From assembly GCA_020184695.1 (NCBI GenBank), contig JAANOX010000273.1, forward strand, positions 62,001-126,000: a DNA stretch of 64,000 nucleotides, in the 5' to 3' direction. Positions 33,901-46,092 of the stretch are shown here, in pieces. The notes below the pieces were generated by a model. The model searched no databases. It was not told where the DNA came from and was given only the letters and a program-made list of their open reading frames with translations. Position 1 is the first letter of the stretch. Every line of letters begins with the position of its first letter. This DNA comes from Histomonas meleagridis 2922-C6/04-290x (lineage: Eukaryota > Protista > Parabasalia). A program made the translations under genes and the position numbers.

Positions 33901-35890
33901 CTGAAATAAGATCTAAGTCGACTAGAATTTTGATTTCTAATAGCATCCTCTAAACCATAACATATTGAACCATAATTATATCGTGCTTCGCTAGCTTTAA
34001 CTGGATTAAGAATTGTATTCCAAAAGTAATGTTCAACTTCTTCTTTCTTTTTGTTTATCTCATCTGTATAGTCTAATCCAATTGTTAATAATTCGTCATG
34101 ATGTTCTTTTTCATATTTTATGAAATCTTGTAAAGCTTTAACAAATTGATCAGGATCTCCTGTGGCAGTTGAAACTTTCCTTAACATTGCTTGAGCCGTT
34201 TTAGTAATATCGCCAACTTTGTCATCATTCTTTCTCTTTTGAATAAGTTCATCTTTATTATTTGTTAAATCTTCATATTCTTTATAAACATCAAGAAGAT
34301 CTGGCTTCAATGCTATTACTTCTTCTTTTTTATCAACTGGAGTAATGGCAACATGTGGATCTATTGGATTATCCATAACTTTATATAAAGCATTATATTG
34401 TTGTTCTAATCGGTCTTCATTTAATACCTTAGCACTCAAAATATTTCGAATGCTTTTCAATGTTGGAACAATATTTTCAATTTTCTTTTGGCATGCTTCA
34501 ACTATAGATTTTTCAAATTGTTGCTGACAAATTTCAAGATCAGCATCGACAGTATTTTGCATTCCTTCAATTGAATCAATTATTTCTTGTTTTCCTGCAA
34601 TATATATTTGGAAATCATCAATTCCTGATTGACCTGTTGCTAATAATTTAGATTTGCCCTTAAAGAAATTGGCTTTCGATTGATATTCTTTCATAAATGC
34701 TGTTTGTTCTTTGCTTAAACCTACAGATGATGGAAGTTTAACTTCTTTAGTAATTGTTTGTGGTTTAGCTGCACTTGCTTTAGGTATGCTTTGACTTCCA
34801 GGTAATAATTCTGATTCTATACGAACTAATTCATCATACTGATCAAATATAGCAGAAAGTTTCGGATTTGTATTAATTATTGCTTCACGTCGATCTAATG
34901 GACATATGTTAAGTTTTGGATGTATTGGTTTGTTCATTTGATCTTTTGGTGCAGCAAAATTCTTCTTAAAACCATCAGCATCTTTCTTAAGACCAAAGTC
35001 CTTTGCACGTGCAAAACTCCTTGCGGCTCCTTCAACATTTCGAATACATGTCTTTACCACTAATTCTTCCCATTGTTTATGGATTAATTCCAAATCTGAA
35101 TCAATTTTTGATTGCATTCCTTCAATTGATGCAATTATGCTTTGGTTTTGCTGAATATAATTATTGAGATCATCTAATTTAGCTTGTACATCAAGTGAAT
35201 TCTTAGAAGTTGAAATTGCTGTTTGTGCTTTTGCTTTATACATTGTTTCAAATTTCTTTATATCAGCAGGCTTTGGTGCCGAAGAAGTTGGTGCTGGTGT
35301 TGGCGCTGGTGCTGCAGGCGTTGTTGGTGATGGGGCTGCAGGTGTTGTTGGTGTAGGTGCTGCTTTTGGTGCTGGTGATACGTTAAACCCGAATTTTTCG
35401 TTCAAAGCAGAAATTTGGTCACTCCAATCATATCCTAATTCAGCAAATGCTTGCCTATTATCATCAATTAACTTGATAATTGGATCCAATATGGATTTTG
35501 CACGATTTACTTGATTAGCTGGGCATTTTTCGAGATCTGCTAAACTACGCTCAATCCTTGTGAGAGGTGTTTTCAAAGCCTTGCACCTCGAGGTGCAATC
35601 TTTCTTAGCTTATCAAGTCTTTCTTCTTTAGTGTTTTGGAAATTGTCTAATGCTGAATAAATTGCTGCAAATTTTGGATCTTCAGAAATAGATTCTCTCA
35701 TGTCCATAACACCAGTTTCTGTGCCTCTTGCTTTTTTGCCAAGGTTACTTGTGATCATATCACTATTTCTCTCAAACCCTCGTAAATCCTTTGATGTCCA
35801 TGAATTCTCACATTGTTTAATACATCTATCAATGTCAACTAAAATTTGTTTTAATTCTCTGTTGACTTTGTCGGCTTGTTGCGCGCACAT
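30939..35890 (-). CDS. Large (~1650 aa) helical-repeat protein of unknown function; 1-nt frameshift near 35578
   Basis: The 105-aa and 1545-aa ORFs join if one A is added (GCA AAG GCT TTG AAA). Four N-terminal helical repeats and a Pro/Ala/Thr linker at ~35270-35375. Confidence 0.8.
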
Positions 35891-36878
35891 TCAGAAAAGT
35901 AAAAAATACCCTCTTAAAAAATCCTTTCAATTTTCTCCAAACGCAGACTTTTTGAAATAATTATTTTTTTAATATTAGAATAAAAATTTCTATAAAAGTC
36001 TGATAACTATGAGACTTTTCTGAATGAAAAAATTATTATGATGATTGATTGTATGAATATATTTAGATTTATTCATCTCGTAATCAAATACAAATAGAAT
36101 ACAGGAACTTCAGCCTGATGATCCCTCAATGACCCACAGTTGTCTTTCAATTTTCAATCATTTGTTTTCGATCTTTTGAATCGTTTACTTATGTAAACTT
36201 GTCATTTGTAATTTGTTATTTCGGAACGCTTTTGATAACAACCGTTTTCATCGCATTTGTGAAAAATAAATTTGAACATATAATAAATATAAAAAATGAT
36301 GAAAATGTTTTGATTATTCAAATTCCCCAGGGTGTTATATATTTTCGCTTTTAATCTCGACTTTCAGTGCAACTCATTAAATCATTTGGTCTCTCTCATT
36401 TGTGATTTAGTACACCTAATTTATACATATATATATTTTATCATTTTATCCATCACATTCAGGCTTTCGCGTACACAAATAGTTTAATCATTTAATAATT
36501 ACTATCTCATTTTATCTCTATCTTTCAAACATCTGTGATTCACTTAATCATTTTTTGCATTTTTGTCTATTTTGTTTAATTTTTTAGTATGCATATAATA
36601 GGTTTTGTGTTTTTAAAAATTTAGTTATATGTATTTGTGGTTTAACTTTCTTGGTTTATTTCATTCATTAGGTTCTATCGTTGGAAATGCATCCAGTTTA
36701 TTAAAAATATCCTTATGCTAAAATGTTCATTCTTTTTTCCCATCCAATATTATTTTGCTGTTATTCTTTCAACATATGTGTGAATTTAAATATTTTATAA
36801 TGTTTTGTTTGTTATTCATAAATCTTTGATTCTTTTTCTTTTGCATATGATATTTATAAAATTTTTAATTAATTGCAT

Positions 36879-37127
36879 TCACCAGAATTTGAAACTCAAA
36901 AAATGTGAAGAAATTCTAAAAATCAATAATTTATATGATTTTGTTTGTGATGCTATTTCTTGAAGTTTTTCTAATTTATCATTTCTAATTATTTTTGCAA
37001 TTTCATTTGGATTAACTTCATCTTTAATTAATTTTTGCTGATATTCCCAATCTTTACCACCAACCCCCAAATATGTATTCAGAATTTTCATTTCCCTTTC
37101 TATATTTATAATAAGCCAATATTTCAT
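36879..37127 (-). pseudogene. Fragment of the ankyrin-associated family seen at 51-52 kb
   Basis: DWEYQQKLIKDEVNPNEIAKIIRNDKLEKLQEI compared with DWELHKQLIKEGVNPNEISKIIRNDEIGKLQEI. Confidence 0.75.
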
Positions 37128-37420
37128 TCATTTTTTCGTCATCATATGATGTTTGGAAATTTTTTAAAAATTCTTTGAACTGAATATATTCAATATAATC
37201 TTTTTTTTTTTTTTAACATACTATAAATAAATTTTAATGGTTTTTCTTTTTATTTATTTGGATGAATAAATGTAAAATAAAAATTTTTTGAGAAGAGAAT
37301 ATGATTTGCTTGTATCTATAAAACTGATTGTTTTTAAGAAAATAATGATAATGTTTTTGTTTTCTTTAATTTCAAGTTGTTTTAAATACTCAAAACATAA
37401 TTTATCATATCTTTACTTTT

Positions 37421-37950
37421 AATATGAGTTGAAATTATCGTTACTGACGGTTACTAAGGGCGCCTCAAATTTCATTCAAAAAATGGCGGCAAAACAAAAA
37501 AGTAATTTGATGTCGTTTTATGTCTATGTTTATGAATTATGAAAAAGTTTAGAATATATTTCAAAATAAATGGGAGTAAAATGGCAATTTAGTATAAAGA
37601 AGTTTTCCCTCCATTAAATGAATTTCATTTTATTGAATGGCTCGTACTAAACAAACAGCTCGTAAATCTACAGGTGGTAAGACACCACGTAAATCACTTG
37701 GTGCTAAGGCAGCACGTAAGTCAACACCAGTTGTTGATTCACAAGGAGCAAAGAAACAACATCGTTTTCGACCAGGTACAGTTGCACTTCGAGAAATTCG
37801 TAAATATCAAAAGAGCACAGATCTACTTTTTGAAGATACGAATCTTTGTGCTATTCATGCTAACCGTGTTACTATTATGGAACGTGATGTTCAACTTGCA
37901 CAACGAATTCGTGGAGAACGCAATTAAACTTAAATAAATATTTATACATG
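37421..37950 (+). repeat. Duplicate of the H3 locus (29623..~30282), including the promoter
   Basis: About 215 nt of upstream DNA, the CDS and the 3' flank are nearly identical apart from a 126-nt deletion. Confidence 0.95.
37637..37927 (+). CDS. Histone H3 copy with a 42-codon in-frame deletion (96 aa); may be a pseudogene
   Basis: STDL|LFEDTN junction at 37825/37826; lacks the equivalent of 30028..30153. Confidence 0.75.
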   Translation: MARTKQTARKSTGGKTPRKSLGAKAARKSTPVVDSQGAKKQHRFRPGTVALREIRKYQKSTDLLFEDTNLCAIHANRVTIMERDVQLAQRIRGERN

Positions 37951-38151
37951 TTTAATTTATTTCGTTGTTTCTAATTACAAACCAAATCTCAAAATTGTAA
38001 ATATGTATCAAAAACTCAGTTGACTATAATATCATAAAATGTACGAAATAAAAAGATCGCATATCATAATATACTTTATTGAAATTCGAATATTTTCCTT
38101 TCTCAACAGAAAGAGGAACAATATGAACAGTACCCGCTAACGGTCACCGCA

Positions 38152-41100
38152 TCAATCAATAACTGTTTGATTTGAATTCCAAACGATCGTATTTGAATGC
38201 ACATCAACAGAAACAAACAATCGCGCCGAGTGATGGAGATGGAACTGTCTTACAGGGGACTCGTGCGACTTCGGTAATTTCTCCATCGATAGCGATGTTT
38301 CTGGCGAATTACATTTTGCAATATAAACATTTCCGTTTTCATCGCCAATTAATGCAGCATAAAGAATTGTTTTAACATTTGCTATTATAGGACAAAGTGC
38401 AGTAACGTTGATATCTAAATCGATTGTCGATAATATTTCGCCAGATAATGACAAAATTTTAATATATTTTTCTGTCACAATCCATAACGCATCAATTTTA
38501 TCATCGATTTTAATCAATTTAATTTCCTGATCAAATGTGACTCTGGACATCTCATTCATTGTTGAGACATTCCAAATTATTATATCTGTTTTACATGACG
38601 TTGCAGCGATGCAATAATTCTTTGAAATCACTGTTTTTTGATCATTTGTATTAAATCCTTTTTGTCTTAAGTATTTAACTATTAAAGGTGTACCATTTCT
38701 ATATTTAATTAACCATATTTCAGTAATACCAAGGGAATAATCAATTGATATAAATCGACCATTTTGAGATGCACTAATATGTTTTGCATAATAAAAAATT
38801 GGTGATGTCTTCTTCAAGAAATTAATTGATGACTTCGAAGAAATCGACAAACATAGTTGATAAGGCTCTACAGAGACAAAGAATGAATCAGTGCAAGTTG
38901 TCGTCAATAAAGGAAAAGTGCCAACTTTTGATTTTATGAAAAACATTGAATGTTCGTGTTTGAAATTTGATGCGGTCTCTTTGAATTGAAGGTGTTCAGC
39001 GTCGAAAATTGTATACGTTTGCGGTTTTATATCCTTTGAATTTATTTTTTCGTTGTAAAACTCGATCAAAAGATTTGGATCAATTGACTCGAGATCTTGT
39101 TTCATTGTAAGAGAGTTATTAAATCCATTGTCCGAATAAAATTCAGGCGTAAAGACATTTAAAGGTATTTCATTCTCTTTAAGTTTAGGCTTATAGAAAC
39201 TTAAAGGATAAATGTAATTAATTTTATCAATAATTTCCCTATTAAATTTATTATTATAACTAACAAAAGGGAAATTATTTAAGTCAACAAATGACTTCCC
39301 ATTAATTATATTCATGAAAGTAATTAATTCCAAAACTGAAATATTATTGTTAACAAATTGATATATGACAAATTGATTATTAAGTTTAATATTTCCAAAT
39401 TCATTTAATTTGTATATTTTTTGTATAACTTCTTTTTTGTTACATGAAATTATAAATGTTCCAGATGCAAATGACCATAAACATATTAAATTCTCATTAA
39501 TTTTATTCGAATATATGAATGAATTAAATGGAATATGTATGATAATTTTGGAAGCAAACATTTCTGTCTCGCCCCAATTACCAATTAAAACTGATTCATA
39601 TAATATATGCGCCATTTTAGTGCTTAAACTCGATTTTAATATTAAATTATCATTCGGTTCATCATAATTACAGTCAAAAATTATTGTGATTCGTTTCGGA
39701 TAATATAAAATTGCACTTTGAACATTCAAATCATATCGAATAATTGAACAATTTGCAATAAAAATTGGCTGCTGATAGGCCTCATAAAATACTTTTAATA
39801 TGTTTAACTGTAAATCTGATGCATTTGAATATTGATAAAGTAAATTTTGCTTAAAATATTTGATTGGTATAGATCGGATATTTTGTTGTTCGTTGAGATT
39901 GACTAAAGGAAATATCGATGGCATCTTTAGTTTAGGGATCGAATTGGGCATACAGTTCGGCCATAAGTTGTATGACAAAATTGGATATTTTGATGTATCA
40001 AAAAGTGACTTTGTGAACTGATTCCATTGAAAAGTTTCCTCTTTGATCAAGAAAGAATTATTCAAATATTGAATGGTATACAAAAATAAACGTGCAACAA
40101 CAAAATGTTTTGCATTTGAAATATATAAAAAATCGGAATATAATTGTGAAATATTTTGTATATCGCCAAGAAATGGATATTTGGTCTCTTTAATTGATGT
40201 GTATAATGCTTTATAGATGGTTTGGAATTCATGAGATTTATTCTTCCAAACATTCTCTAACATTCCAAATGAATTCAAATCTTTTTCGATTGATTTGTTA
40301 ATAAGTTTCGATATTAGTTCTGAATCATTTTTAGAGAATTGGAAATTTTCTGATAATTTTCTTAGAAATATGTTTAATTGATTTCGCTCACTATGTGATG
40401 CAACTAAAAAAGCATATAGCCATGCGTGCAATGCGTTTTGCGATTTAATTATCAAGTAAAATAATGAAATGTTTCGGATGAAATGTGGAAATACAAGTTC
40501 ATATAAAGAAACAGGTAATGAAGAAAACAAAAATAAAAAAATTGGTTGAATCTGTGGTGCAAACTTTAGGAGTCCATTTTCACCTGTTCTTGAATATATT
40601 ACTGAAGCTAATGTAAATAAATCAGATATAACATAAAGTGAATTATCTTGTAAATATTGCATTCCTGTTAATACATGAATAAAACGTAATATTTGACTTG
40701 TAGTTTCAAACATTTTTTCGGAAAAATGATCTGCTAATCTTCCTAATATTGAATTAACAAAAACGGTTTTTAACAAATTTGAATTGTGTAAATTATTCAA
40801 TAAAAACGAATAGAAAAAATAATATAAAACTTTGGAAAATTCATTTGATGGTGCTAATATTATTATATCTGTTAGGAATGGTAATAATGAAGATTGTAAA
40901 AACCATTCATTAGAATTAGAATTTGTTTTACCAATTGGGAAAATTATTGAAAATCCATTTGATGTCAAAATCATTGAAACTTTTTCATACATAAATTGAG
41001 ATGATTTCGACGGTATTGGAGGTTTGGGGAACGTTAGCCCTTTGATAACTTTATCCGAACCGAACCATATCGTATCGAATAAATCAGTGAATTGCTGTAT

Positions 41101-44100
41101 CGACATTGTAATGTTTGACACTTGTGACTCTTGATTTTGATAATCGAGTAAAGGTTGGAATAATATTGGATAATATAATATCATTGGGAACCAATTTAAT
41201 ATTACAGAATAAGACTCATTATCATTAAAAATCTTTTGTATATATTTTGAGCAATAAGAAATCAATTGATTTGTATTTTCATTAATTTTATTTAAGTTCT
41301 CATTCACTAAGTTTTGATACGTATTTTGGTGTATCATTAAAATTGAGCCACAAAATATAAACATTAAGAATAAAGGCAAAAAATTAACTTGTGAACTTTC
41401 TGTTATTTCGATCAAGTTAATTATTTCATCCCAAACTTCAATCGAACTTGAAATTGTTGGGATAATGGATAAAAATATCGAATCGATTACTAAGTAATGA
41501 ATATTAAATTTTAAGAAACGTAAAATTAATATAAATATTGCTGACGCTAATTTAGGTGGTGATACAATGAATAATGATTTAATTTCTTCAAATGGCAATA
41601 AATTTATCATCATATTAATAGTTTTTTCATTAATGAAACTTAATAAACATTTAATTATTATATGTTGTAATTGAACTTCTTCTCTAAAGCGAATGCAATC
41701 CCATGTGCATCGTGACTGACATAACGCAGGCGCAATTTTTAATGTTGCAATTAAATATTTAATGATCGATGGTAATTGTTGATAATTATTAATTAATATG
41801 TTCATTATTGACTCAGTATTATTTGTATTTTCGATAATTATTGATAAGAAAAACAATTCGATGTTTTGATATTGTGTCCAATCAATTGTAGAAAACGATA
41901 TCATTATTGCTTCAATTAATATTGCGTTATTAATAGTTTTCCATAACTTTTTATCATAAAGTATTAAAGGTATAACGTTTTTAGAATTCAATACTTTATT
42001 CAAAAGTTTCGATGTTAAAAATTTATTATTTTCTTTAATTGATGTTAATATTATATTATAAAAATCATCACTATATTCTTCATTAATTTTTTGTATGGAT
42101 GAAAATAAGTTAAATATTAATTTATATTCTTTTTTAGTTTTCGCTTCTATTAAAAACATTGATAATTCTTTTAATTTTATTAATGATTTATAATAAATTG
42201 ATAATCCATAATAAGGCACAATAAAACAATTACATTGATCTATTTTAGATTGATTAAAGTTATAAGGAGTTATTAATGTCTCAATGTTATTATTAAACAT
42301 TTCTAAGTTTTGTGGGCCTTTTTGGTATATATTTAATTTATTAATATAATTCGAATAAAATCGAATTGATGGACCGATATATAATATATTATCATTCGTA
42401 TGACATATAGTGAATGAATTAAATAATTTAATTTTTGTAGTAAATCGTAATTTAATATTATTATTAATATGAACTTTTAATATATTTCCTATAAGTGAAG
42501 GTTTAAGTTGTATAAATATATTATTCCATTTAATTATATCGATTTGAATTTTTTGTTTTTGTTCTTCTAATTTAAATATCAAATTATTTTCGACAATTTT
42601 CATTTCAAGATTATTAAACTTAAAAATGTCAGTGCTTTCTAATGTGTTATTATATTTAAACCAAAATGATAAACAATGGAATTCTAAATCAAATGTTATA
42701 CGTCTTGAGCTTTTAAAGAATTGTATTAAAGGAAAATGATCATATGAAAGATCTACGAATTTATAAAGTTCATAAGGCTTTTCATAAAGTAAATTAATTT
42801 GATCGAAATTTATATTTCGATTAATTATGGGATAAATCATTGGCATTTCATATATATTATTTTCATAAAGTTTTATGAATTTCGATCCAAGAAAATATGA
42901 ATTGTAAGGATCTAAATCCTTAATTTCATTTGATATATATTTTATTAATGTATAAACTCTAATTGGTGCAAATTTCGATTTATTATTACCGAAAATTATT
43001 TTTAATAATAAATTTTCGGATAATTTAAATAATTTATGATTGGAATCTAAACTTTGAATTTTATGTTCTAATTCTTCAAAACCATTATATTTAACAAGAT
43101 TACTTAATAATCCAACAATTGAAGTTATAGGAAATGTCGAATTATTAACTTCATCAAATAACCAATTAATACCATTGGCTTTAACGAAGTTAATTGTAGC
43201 TTCGATTTTATTTTTAAATGAATTTATAAATATTTTTAATAATAAATTCTCTTTTAACTCCGAAATTAAATTCATTAATAAATTCATATTATCGATAGTC
43301 GGCGATTGTATTAAATATTTACTAATTAATTTAATGTAATCATTTTTGTTTTGATAATTCTCATATAATTTTAATAATGACGAAAATATTAATGGAACAA
43401 ATTCTTCTGTAATTTTTAATGAATAAAAAGACAATGATAAATCATCAAATTTCGGATTATTAATTAATAATTCATATAATTTATTTGTCGATAAATTCTT
43501 ATAAAATATATCAATGAAACCAGAATTAATTAATGTTTGAAAATCAATTAATTTTTTGTCGATTTGATTCATAATCATATCAGATACAATTGAAAGTTCT
43601 TTAACATTACAATTATAATTCTTTAATGATGAAAATAGAATCGGTATACACTTTGTTATAGTTTCAGGCGATTGAATATTTAATGTCAACAAAAAAGAAA
43701 TCATTTTTTCTATCGGAGGATTCTGGAAATTTAACCAATTAATGAATGGTGTTATATTATTTATAATCGGAATCGCTTTTTCATCTGCAACAAGTTCAAT
43801 GATTAAGTCAAAGATTTCAATTTGTGAATTGGAATCATTTTGAAAGATGTTAAAAATATGTTTTAATATTAATATGTTCGGAAATGGACTTAAATCATCG
43901 TTTTTGGAATGTAAAAGTGGTCGATAATAATTATACTTATTTGGACCATTTACTTGCGATAGAATTTCATCAAATTTATTTATACATTTACTGGTGATGA
44001 ATATTGTCATCGAATTTTTTTGAGTATTCGAAATACGATATACGAAATTAGAAATAAAATTTAATACGTCATTGTAATTAATGGGAGGAATTTCTTCTTG

Positions 44101-44673
44101 CTTGACAAAGAGTTGAAGTGTGCTGAGATATGGTATATTTTGGAATTGTGATTGAGATGAATGTTCAAAAAGTAACATATTGATAAATGAAGAGATTCTC
44201 GTTGATGGAATTGTAAAGAAACATTTTTCAATTATGGTCTTAATTCCATTACTTTTGATCAAATTTGAGAAAAATGAATCTTCGGATACTAATGCAATAC
44301 AGAATTGGGTAACATTGGATATCTCTTGTTCATATAAATCAGAATATTGAAGAAAGCCTAAAAAGAGTGGAATTAATTGCTTGTTATATGGAATTTTATA
44401 TATATTATTGGTTTTTGATAGAATTTTCATGGAAGAAAATATTGATGATGGTTGTTCTAAAATTACCGGAACTAGGTCAAAAAGATCTTTAATAAGTGGT
44501 GGAATGATTTTCTTGATTACGTTTTGATTTGATTCCATTCCTAAAAATTCCTCTAAATTCATTAAAAATTCGACAACCAATTGAAATTTCTTTGTTTTGT
44601 CCTTTTCTGTTTTTACTGTTTTAGAAATGTTTTTTAATTTTTCTGATGTTGCTTGTGCATTAGCTAATTCCAT
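38152..44673 (-). CDS. Divergent BEACH/WD40-family protein, 2173 aa
   Basis: ISVLELITFMNIINGKSFVDLNNFPF and FTPEFY are BEACH relics, preceded by a PH-like region and followed by WD40-like repeats. Confidence 0.75.
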   Translation of the reverse strand: MELANAQATSEKLKNISKTVKTEKDKTKKFQLVVEFLMNLEEFLGMESNQNVIKKIIPPLIKDLFDLVPVILEQPSSIFSSMKILSKTNNIYKIPYNKQLIPLFLGFLQYSDLYEQEISNVTQFCIALVSEDSFFSNLIKSNGIKTIIEKCFFTIPSTRISSFINMLLFEHSSQSQFQNIPYLSTLQLFVKQEEIPPINYNDVLNFISNFVYRISNTQKNSMTIFITSKCINKFDEILSQVNGPNKYNYYRPLLHSKNDDLSPFPNILILKHIFNIFQNDSNSQIEIFDLIIELVADEKAIPIINNITPFINWLNFQNPPIEKMISFLLTLNIQSPETITKCIPILFSSLKNYNCNVKELSIVSDMIMNQIDKKLIDFQTLINSGFIDIFYKNLSTNKLYELLINNPKFDDLSLSFYSLKITEEFVPLIFSSLLKLYENYQNKNDYIKLISKYLIQSPTIDNMNLLMNLISELKENLLLKIFINSFKNKIEATINFVKANGINWLFDEVNNSTFPITSIVGLLSNLVKYNGFEELEHKIQSLDSNHKLFKLSENLLLKIIFGNNKSKFAPIRVYTLIKYISNEIKDLDPYNSYFLGSKFIKLYENNIYEMPMIYPIINRNINFDQINLLYEKPYELYKFVDLSYDHFPLIQFFKSSRRITFDLEFHCLSFWFKYNNTLESTDIFKFNNLEMKIVENNLIFKLEEQKQKIQIDIIKWNNIFIQLKPSLIGNILKVHINNNIKLRFTTKIKLFNSFTICHTNDNILYIGPSIRFYSNYINKLNIYQKGPQNLEMFNNNIETLITPYNFNQSKIDQCNCFIVPYYGLSIYYKSLIKLKELSMFLIEAKTKKEYKLIFNLFSSIQKINEEYSDDFYNIILTSIKENNKFLTSKLLNKVLNSKNVIPLILYDKKLWKTINNAILIEAIMISFSTIDWTQYQNIELFFLSIIIENTNNTESIMNILINNYQQLPSIIKYLIATLKIAPALCQSRCTWDCIRFREEVQLQHIIIKCLLSFINEKTINMMINLLPFEEIKSLFIVSPPKLASAIFILILRFLKFNIHYLVIDSIFLSIIPTISSSIEVWDEIINLIEITESSQVNFLPLFLMFIFCGSILMIHQNTYQNLVNENLNKINENTNQLISYCSKYIQKIFNDNESYSVILNWFPMILYYPILFQPLLDYQNQESQVSNITMSIQQFTDLFDTIWFGSDKVIKGLTFPKPPIPSKSSQFMYEKVSMILTSNGFSIIFPIGKTNSNSNEWFLQSSLLPFLTDIIILAPSNEFSKVLYYFFYSFLLNNLHNSNLLKTVFVNSILGRLADHFSEKMFETTSQILRFIHVLTGMQYLQDNSLYVISDLFTLASVIYSRTGENGLLKFAPQIQPIFLFLFSSLPVSLYELVFPHFIRNISLFYLIIKSQNALHAWLYAFLVASHSERNQLNIFLRKLSENFQFSKNDSELISKLINKSIEKDLNSFGMLENVWKNKSHEFQTIYKALYTSIKETKYPFLGDIQNISQLYSDFLYISNAKHFVVARLFLYTIQYLNNSFLIKEETFQWNQFTKSLFDTSKYPILSYNLWPNCMPNSIPKLKMPSIFPLVNLNEQQNIRSIPIKYFKQNLLYQYSNASDLQLNILKVFYEAYQQPIFIANCSIIRYDLNVQSAILYYPKRITIIFDCNYDEPNDNLILKSSLSTKMAHILYESVLIGNWGETEMFASKIIIHIPFNSFIYSNKINENLICLWSFASGTFIISCNKKEVIQKIYKLNEFGNIKLNNQFVIYQFVNNNISVLELITFMNIINGKSFVDLNNFPFVSYNNKFNREIIDKINYIYPLSFYKPKLKENEIPLNVFTPEFYSDNGFNNSLTMKQDLESIDPNLLIEFYNEKINSKDIKPQTYTIFDAEHLQFKETASNFKHEHSMFFIKSKVGTFPLLTTTCTDSFFVSVEPYQLCLSISSKSSINFLKKTSPIFYYAKHISASQNGRFISIDYSLGITEIWLIKYRNGTPLIVKYLRQKGFNTNDQKTVISKNYCIAATSCKTDIIIWNVSTMNEMSRVTFDQEIKLIKIDDKIDALWIVTEKYIKILSLSGEILSTIDLDINVTALCPIIANVKTILYAALIGDENGNVYIAKCNSPETSLSMEKLPKSHESPVRQFHLHHSARLFVSVDVHSNTIVWNSNQTVID

Positions 44674-44702
44674 TTTTTCTTTTCAATTTTATATCACATT
44701 TC

Positions 44703-44710
44703 AAACGGTT
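44703..44710 (-). promoter_or_regulatory. M3-like motif AACCGTTT, ~30 nt upstream of the BEACH gene start
   Basis: Matches the M3 consensus in a core-promoter position. Confidence 0.5.
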
Positions 44711-45285
44711 TGCTAGCGAAATAAGAAAATTAAAAATATGTACGCGCTTGTTTAAACATTTAAATGACACATATTTGGAATGGGAAATCATCCTTCGTTG
44801 TTCTCATTATCAATATAATATAATATATATATTGAAAATCGTTATTATACTAGCAAATTACAAAATATTGATTAAATATACAATAAATATAGCTATAAGC
44901 GAAAAAATGAAAAAACAATGTTTAGAGCTAATATCAGATATGTGATTTGATGAGTTTAATTGAATACATTTGCTTTAATGATTTGCCCTCCTCAAACAAA
45001 ATGAAGTCTCTGAAAAAGTTAGGAGAAATCACCTTCCTATATTCAATAATTCAATGATAGTTCAAAAATTGCAAACAGATTGGTCTGTACCATTTTCGAG
45101 GTAATCTCCGAAAACAAAAAGTATATTGAATCTATATTATATATTAATATTTAACATATAATTTCTAAAATGATATAATAATATAGTTGAATTTTAATTT
45201 TTTATTTCAAAAGATATTTTAATTTTTTAAATCTGACCACAGTGAATGTGGCCAGACCCTTCTGAAAAAATGAGAAATAAAATAG

Positions 45286-46066
45286 ATGATGCCAGAAAAC
45301 AATTTAGAATTAGAAGAGCAAGACAATTTACATGCAAACAAGCGTATTCGAAGAAGGTTATTTACTAAAGATGATGATCAAAAATTAATAAAGTTCATTT
45401 CTAAATATGGAACAAATAACTGGAATAAAGTATCAAAAAGAGATGAATGATAAGACACCCCGACAATGCAAAGAACGTTGGTTGAATTATTTATCACCAG
45501 AAAATAAATTTACTCCATGGACAAATGAGGAGGATAATTTATTGGTTTCCCTAATAAATGAGGTTGGAACAAAATGGGTTATGCTTACAAAATCATTTTT
45601 TGGAAGATCTGACAACTCAATCAAAAATCATTGGTATTCAGTTTTGAAAAAATTATGCGGAATTGATACTAAAGGAGAGTATTTTATTGACGAAGTGTTA
45701 TACCGGAAAAGATATGAATCCATAAAATTGAGCAAGAAGGAAATAAAAAAGAGATGGAATGAAAAACTAAAATCACAAAGAATAACACAAAACAATTGCA
45801 CTCAAACAAGGCCAATGAGTGTTTCAGGAAATATGAATGTAAATATTTTTAATCAAGTTCAAATGAACATTTCACGGAATCAAGAACGATTTGTTAAACA
45901 AAGAAATGAAGCACCTCCTGCTGCTTTGCGTCCATATCCACAAATTAGTCAAGAGACGCCTTTGGATTTGTTTGATAAATCTTGGGATGAAATTATTACA
46001 GGCCAAATCCAAGAGATTGAAAACGACCCGTTTTCGTTGGAATTAGGATATTTCGGAGAATGGTAA
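45286..46066 (+). CDS. R2R3 Myb transcription factor (extra A in the run near 45437)
   Basis: RRLFTKDDDQKLIKFISKYGTNNWNKVSK joins EMNDKTPRQCKERWLNYLSP...WTNEED if one A is removed. Confidence 0.85.
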
Positions 46067-46092
46067 TAAAATAAAAATAAAATTATAATTAA

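Noticed and set aside
35573-35576. Apparent overlapping stop/start suggesting translational coupling
   Set aside because: The downstream start is a TTG, and one added A fuses both ORFs into a single gene with continuous repeats.
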